Assembly: GCA_964016885.1 (NCBI GenBank) | Contig: OZ024742.1 | Coordinates: 295,864,001-295,928,000, forward strand | Direction: 5' to 3' | DNA length: 64,000 bases | Origin: Eledone cirrhosa | Taxonomy: Eukaryota | In this document: in pieces, positions 58,510 through 64,000 of the stretch | Numbering within the stretch: the stretch's first letter is position 1 | Layout of the letters: each line of letters begins with the position of its first letter | The notes under the pieces: model-generated | Seen by the model: the letters and a program-made list of their open reading frames with translations, nothing else | The model's database searches: none | Told to the model about the DNA's origin: nothing | Translations under genes and position numbers: made by a program

Positions 58510-58897
58510 TATATATATATGAAAGTAAGTCTTTTTAATATGTCCCACATGGGTAAATATATACATATTCCCATACTTTAAAGGTGCACAAGATATATAT
58601 TATCATGTCACAAGTATTAGGGAGGTTTTCATAACTTTAACTCGACAGAAGAGTCATGTCAACCCGTTGTTTGGTGAGGTTTCTATAGCTAGATGCTCTT
58701 CCTATCACCAACCACATATTGCTTTATTATTAGTGGAGTATAAAAAAATTTTCAGAACACACACTCATATATCATGATCATCATCATTTTTTTAGGTCTA
58801 CTCTTCCATGCTGGCATGTGTTTGATGAATTGTTTTGAGACAATGTTTTACATCTGGATGCCCTTCCTGATACCAACCCTTTTAGTTACCTCTTACC

Positions 58898-59196
58898 CAG
58901 AGCCAGTGCCAGACTATCTGGCACCCTAGGCAAGGTTAGATTCTCCCCCCCACTCCCCACCCCCCACCACCAGGAAAATATCAATTTGAAAATTTATAAA
59001 CAATAAATTTTAAAAGAAATTTTTCAACATTTACTTGTCCCTGTATGAAATAAATCATGATAAAAAAATTACCCTCAATAAAACTGAAATTTATTTATTT
59101 ATTTTTCAAAATTATTGTTAATTTGGAGAAATGTGCCACCTGAAATCAGCACCCTAGGTGGCTGGCTAGTTTGCCTTTATGGTAGCGCCAGCCCTG
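58898..59196. mobile_element. hAT-type MITE with 8-bp TSD
   Basis: TSD CTCTTACC at 58890-58897 and 59197-59204; ends CAGAGCCAGTGC / GCGCCAGCCCTG. Confidence 0.78.
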
Positions 59197-59596
59197 CTCT
59201 TACCATACACAGTGATACAATGTATCTATTCTAAAATCTGGGTCACCCACCACACTTCATTTCTTTACTTTTATAAAGGAGGTCTTAACCTCAAATTATC
59301 ATGTATAAGGTATAAATATAAGCTACTGCTTTTTGCTTTTTTTTTTTTGTTTCTCTGGTATCATTCTACTCTAGTTTTCACTCCTGTATTTATAATCTGC
59401 ATTATATCGACTTTCCCATAACAATCATAAGCATGTATCTCACAAGACTACATTTAATACATTCTGGTATATATTTCTTGATATCCCTGCATCTACTTTT
59501 CTCTTTCTCCTTGTCTCTCTATAAATATATATATTTATTTATAATGCATGTCTGTATGTATATGTAAATATTTGTATATAGTTTTGTAAAGATATT

Positions 59597-59635
59597 TCAT
59601 ATATATATACACACACGCACACACACGCACACACA

Positions 59636-59672
<37 letters not shown>

Positions 59673-59694
59673 ACACACACACACACAAACACAT

Positions 59695-59771
<77 letters not shown>

Positions 59772-59780
59772 CATGCATAT
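59597..59780. repeat. (CA)n microsatellite
   Basis: Direct reading. Confidence 0.97.
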
Positions 59781-60409
59781 GAAATATTCAATCCTATTAA
59801 TGCTTTAATTCTTTATTTTTATCAACATTTTACATATATTATTAATCTCAGTATTCTGCATTTTTGAGATTACTGGAATAATTCCCTTCAAAAATTTATA
59901 ACATGAAAAAATAAGATGTATTATCCTTTTTTTAATCTTGAAATTTATATAATGTACTTTAGTTATTTCTTTGCTACAAATTTCTAACTAGCACAACCAT
60001 AATATCTGTTAGTGCTTATAATTATTTATTATTTTTTTACAAATCTTGTTTTCACTTATTCTCTGCCATACAATTTTTCTACGACATTAATCTGTTTTTA
60101 ATATATAAGAGAATTCAAATTTACAATAATCCTATTTAAAAATTTCTCCTTGTATTAAATACATTGAAGTTTTAAAATGTCAAACATTGAATACACTCTT
60201 AATAATCTTTACTGTTTTTCAATAGAGCTGCTGTGTATATAACTGTAATACTCTATAGCAACTCATATCTGGTGGCTTAAATATATTTAATGTTTGGAAA
60301 GTTTTCATTCATGTTATTTATAATTTGGATACCAATTCATTCAAAACTGGGTCTGGTCCTAAGAAATAAAACCAACAATTTTGAAGAGTTCCTATTTGAA
60401 TTGTTAGCA

Positions 60410-60900
60410 TATCACTATCTGGTTCAGTGAGGTTTAGTTTCTTGAGGTCATTCTTTACAACTTCATCCCATGTTTTCTTTAGTCTCCTTCTTCCACAGGT
60501 TCTATTTACATCAAGCACTCAGCACATTTTTTTATACAATTCTCACTCTCTATACATATCATAGACCTATGCCTATATCAGTGCAATTGTCTCTCTTGTT
60601 TACTAAAGTTAATTCCTTTTGTATTCAACTTTTCGTTCAGTTCATTTGTTCTCTGCTGTTCATGCAACACTAGCATTACACACCCAGCAAAGCATGAATG
60701 CCTCATTCTTCATAACCACTAAAAATCTACATTCAAGGTCCATGTCTTGCTATCATGCAGTGTTACAGTTCAAACCCATGCATCATATAATATGCCCTTC
60801 ACTCTGAAAGAGAAATCCTTTGTTGCCAACAGAGGTAACAGCTCTCTATACTTCTTTTGCCCTGTTTTCATGCTGGCTGAAAAGCCCTTCCGACAAAATA
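60410..60900 (-). mobile_element. Ancient RTE-PHD-related fragment
   Basis: ELLPLLATK..KGILYDA..KKTWDEVVKNDLKKLNL. Confidence 0.65.
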
Positions 60901-61699
60901 GCACAATTATCAACAATATGGAAGAACCTTAAAAAGAGAAAGAACAAAAATGCTTCTCGTCCTAGAAATGTACATATATCGGCCATAGGATTGGTACCAT
61001 GAAACAACAATAACAATAATTATTAGCTGGCTTCATGGAAATTCCCAGTTGTTGAAAACTCGGGCACAATAGTTACTCTGCCTTATATTTGTTATTACAT
61101 CCTCATATCATTGGAATTGTTATATCATTAATTATCAATCATTATCACAATTTATACAATTAATTTGATATTTTTTTATAATACAAATAGTTTTAGGGAC
61201 AGTTTTATTTCTTTGTTTCCTTTGCCTGTAGGTTTTAAATACCCTAACAAAACATCAGTTAATTTCTTAACCCTAGAGAATTTAACATATAACTATCCAT
61301 GATTAAATACTGGTTGTAGCAAGTAAGCCTCTGTCTTATTAAATATCCCCCTCCCCTTCTGCTTTGTTAATTGTTATTGTTAATTTAAGTGGAAACAGTT
61401 ATTTGCAAGAGCTTCAGCCTAGCAAATGACAGTTAATTGCACAAAGTTCATTCGTTAAATAATTGACAACTGATAAAAATTATGTACTACAAAAGAAAAA
61501 AACTACAGTCTTTGTATTCTTCTCTTTACCACTACCACCACCACCGCCACTAACTGCATTAAACAATATTTCTACGAAAACGCCAAAATTGCAGTTCTCA
61601 GTGTATCAAATAAGTGTATCTAAGAGTGTGTGTGTGTGTGTGTATATCAGTGTGTGTCTTTGTATTTGTCCATAAGTAGGATTCATTCTCACATTATCT

Positions 61700-61878
61700 T
61701 GCGGTGGATTGGCAGTATCAGTAGAGTCGGACGCCATGCTTTGAAGCATAGTTACCTCCCTTTATGATCTGAGTTCAAATCCCGCCGAGGTTAACTTTGC
61801 CTTTCATCCTCGATAAAATAAAGTACCAGTAATGCACTGGGTAATTGCTGGCCTTGTGCCAAAAGTAGAAACAATTAT
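61700..61878 (+). mobile_element. Nin/Deu-type tRNA SINE
   Basis: TGGCAGTATCAG, GAGTTCAAATCCCGCCGAGG, GCCTTTCATCC; tail matches 41690. Confidence 0.8.
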
Positions 61879-61939
61879 CTTTCTTTTCACTGTCTCTGCC
61901 AACCATTACTCTTTTTCCTCCTATCAACACTTTTCTCAC

Positions 61940-62075
61940 TCGCTATCTCTCTCTCTCCTCTCTTTCTCTCTCTTACTCTCTCTCCTCTCTCTCACTCTCT
62001 CTTCTCTCTCTCTCTCCGCTTTCTCTCTCTTCTCTTTTTCACTCTCTCCTCTCTTTCTCTCTCTCTCTCTTTCCT
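61940..62075. repeat. Imperfect (CT)n tract
   Basis: Direct reading. Confidence 0.9.
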
Positions 62076-63220
62076 TCCATCCCTGTCACATATGTACAAG
62101 CAAGGTTGATTATATGAAATACAGTACTTAACTGGTACATTATTTTATTCTCCCTGAAAGGACAAAAGACAAAGTTGACCTCTGTAGGATTTGAACTCAG
62201 AACATAAAGAGCCTGAACAAATGCTGCAAGGCATATTAACTGACACTCACAATTCTGCTAATCAATCACCATTTTATCCTGTTCAGAATTGTTATGTTTT
62301 TAATTTTTCAGTTTCTGTTCAGTTATTATTCAAGTCAGTATTCTATATTAGAATTGAAAGTAAAAGTTGTCTAAATCACTGGCAACTTTTCAAAGTAACA
62401 CAGTTAGTAGACAGAGAGAGTGTGTATGTGTGTGTGAGAAAGGGTGAGAAAGAGTGAGAGAGAGAGAGAGAGAGACTTACAGACCTATGGGAACTGTATA
62501 GTTTAACTTTTATTTCAAGAGATATAACATTGTTTCAGTTCAAGCTGTGTCTGTTATTGACTGATGCCATTGTGCTCAGTTGTTGTATGTCAAAGAGTTA
62601 TTTACAAAGGGAATCTTTAGTCTATTGGTAATTGTTTCAAAACAAGGTGGAGAATAGAGCCAGAAAGTTTCATTTGAATCTATTATGTGATAAAATTTAA
62701 TGTTAGTTAGTCAGCTCTATATGAAAGAAAGAAGTCCTTTAATGAATTGAAAAACAACTGGTTCATGATTGTAACTTATAGACATACTAAGGAAATATTT
62801 ACTTAGAGAGTCTCTTAAATCTTTTGTTGTCTCAAATAATTAATTTGCACCATGCTTGCTTAATATATTATAAATATATTACTGTTTCTCAGAAGATTTT
62901 ACCTTCTAAAATTTTAATATTTACCTGAAATTAACTGATATTCACCTACAATTGACTGTTTAACTCTTAACATCCTGTGATGATTTTGCAGAAAATATCT
63001 AAAGCAGGCTTATTAATTCAAATGCTTATAGTATCTTTACTTCTAAACAGATCATTGTGAAATCTGTAGTATTATCTCTTAACATCCAATAATTATTTAG
63101 CAAACTTGTTAATTTAAATGTTTATAGCACATTTACTAGTGATCAGATCAATGTATAAATTTGTAGTAAATTTAACTAAAGACTGTTAATGTGATGCAGC
63201 CATAGAGCTGTTTTGTACAA

Positions 63221-63318
63221 TAATTGTTTCTACGTTAGGCACAAGGCCAGCAATTACCCAGTGCATTACTGGTACTTTATTTTATCGACCCTGTAAGGAT
63301 GAAAGGCAAAGTTAACCT
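63221..63318 (-). mobile_element. 3' half of Nin/Deu-type SINE
   Basis: Matches 55255-55350. Confidence 0.72.
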
Positions 63319-64000
63319 TTTGTACATTAACCTTTTGTACAATAATGAATGTTTGCAGTGTGTGTCCTGTTTAGAATAGGTACTCTGACATTGGGAGTGT
63401 TGAAAGAGTCAAAACTAAGATGGTTGGCACCAAGAAGGGCATCTGGTCCATAAAACATGCAGAAGATCCATCCACGTATACAAACACTGAGAAAATAGAA
63501 GAAAACATGATGTGAGAGTATAACTTGATGTGTTTGACAATTGAAATTGAACAGAGCCTATATAGAGTTGAACCATTTTGTTACTAACCCAGCCAAAACT
63601 TGCTCTGGTTCTGTGAAATAAAACCATCCATTTTTAAATTAAAATCTTCCAACATAATTTTTTTAAGTTATTATCTTAGTAATGAAATAATTAATAATTT
63701 TAGTAAATCCCTCAAAATTCTTAATTAATTTATTGAAATATGGTCATGAAAAGTTAAGAGAACTCTTCAGTTTGGCCAAGTATGTGACAATATCTCTAGT
63801 GCTGGTGCTATAATAAAATGCACCCAGTACACCCTGTAAAGTGTTAGTCCTGGTACCATGATAAAATGCATCCAGTCCACGTTGTAAAGTGATAGTGCTG
63901 TGTCACAAAAAAAAACAAAAAGACCAGCATACCATGTAAGGTGGTTGGCATTAAGGAGGGCACACCCATGGAAACCATGCAAAATATGGAAAGTAAGAAG

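Overview
AT-rich eukaryotic genomic DNA, most likely from a coleoid cephalopod (Octopus-like); this is inferred from the SINE/LINE families and the extreme (TA)n/(TATG)n content. I found no intact host protein-coding gene. Positions 1-39 kb are a dense nest of non-LTR retroelements set in kilobase-long (TA)/(TATG) tracts. The nest contains a Penelope-like RT fragment, a near-intact full-length CR1-group LINE with an unusual Myb/SANT-polyQ-2xCCCH ORF1, a truncated second CR1 family, an R4/Dong-like restriction-endonuclease fragment and a degenerate full-length RTE with three C-terminal C2H2 fingers. It also holds six pieces of a PHD-containing RTE family (three more lie beyond 39 kb) and five same-strand copies of a ~600-bp non-autonomous bipartite RTE derivative ('element A'). 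Element A ends in (ATGT)n, sits in (TATG)n, and carries a twister-like structured RNA at its 5' end. Positions 39-64 kb are older intron-like or intergenic DNA with tRNA-SINEs, MITEs, nested Helitrons, Penelope terminal-repeat relics and two type I hammerhead ribozyme motifs. Nearly all long Y/I/M/C/V/H/T-rich ORFs in the track are microsatellite artefacts.
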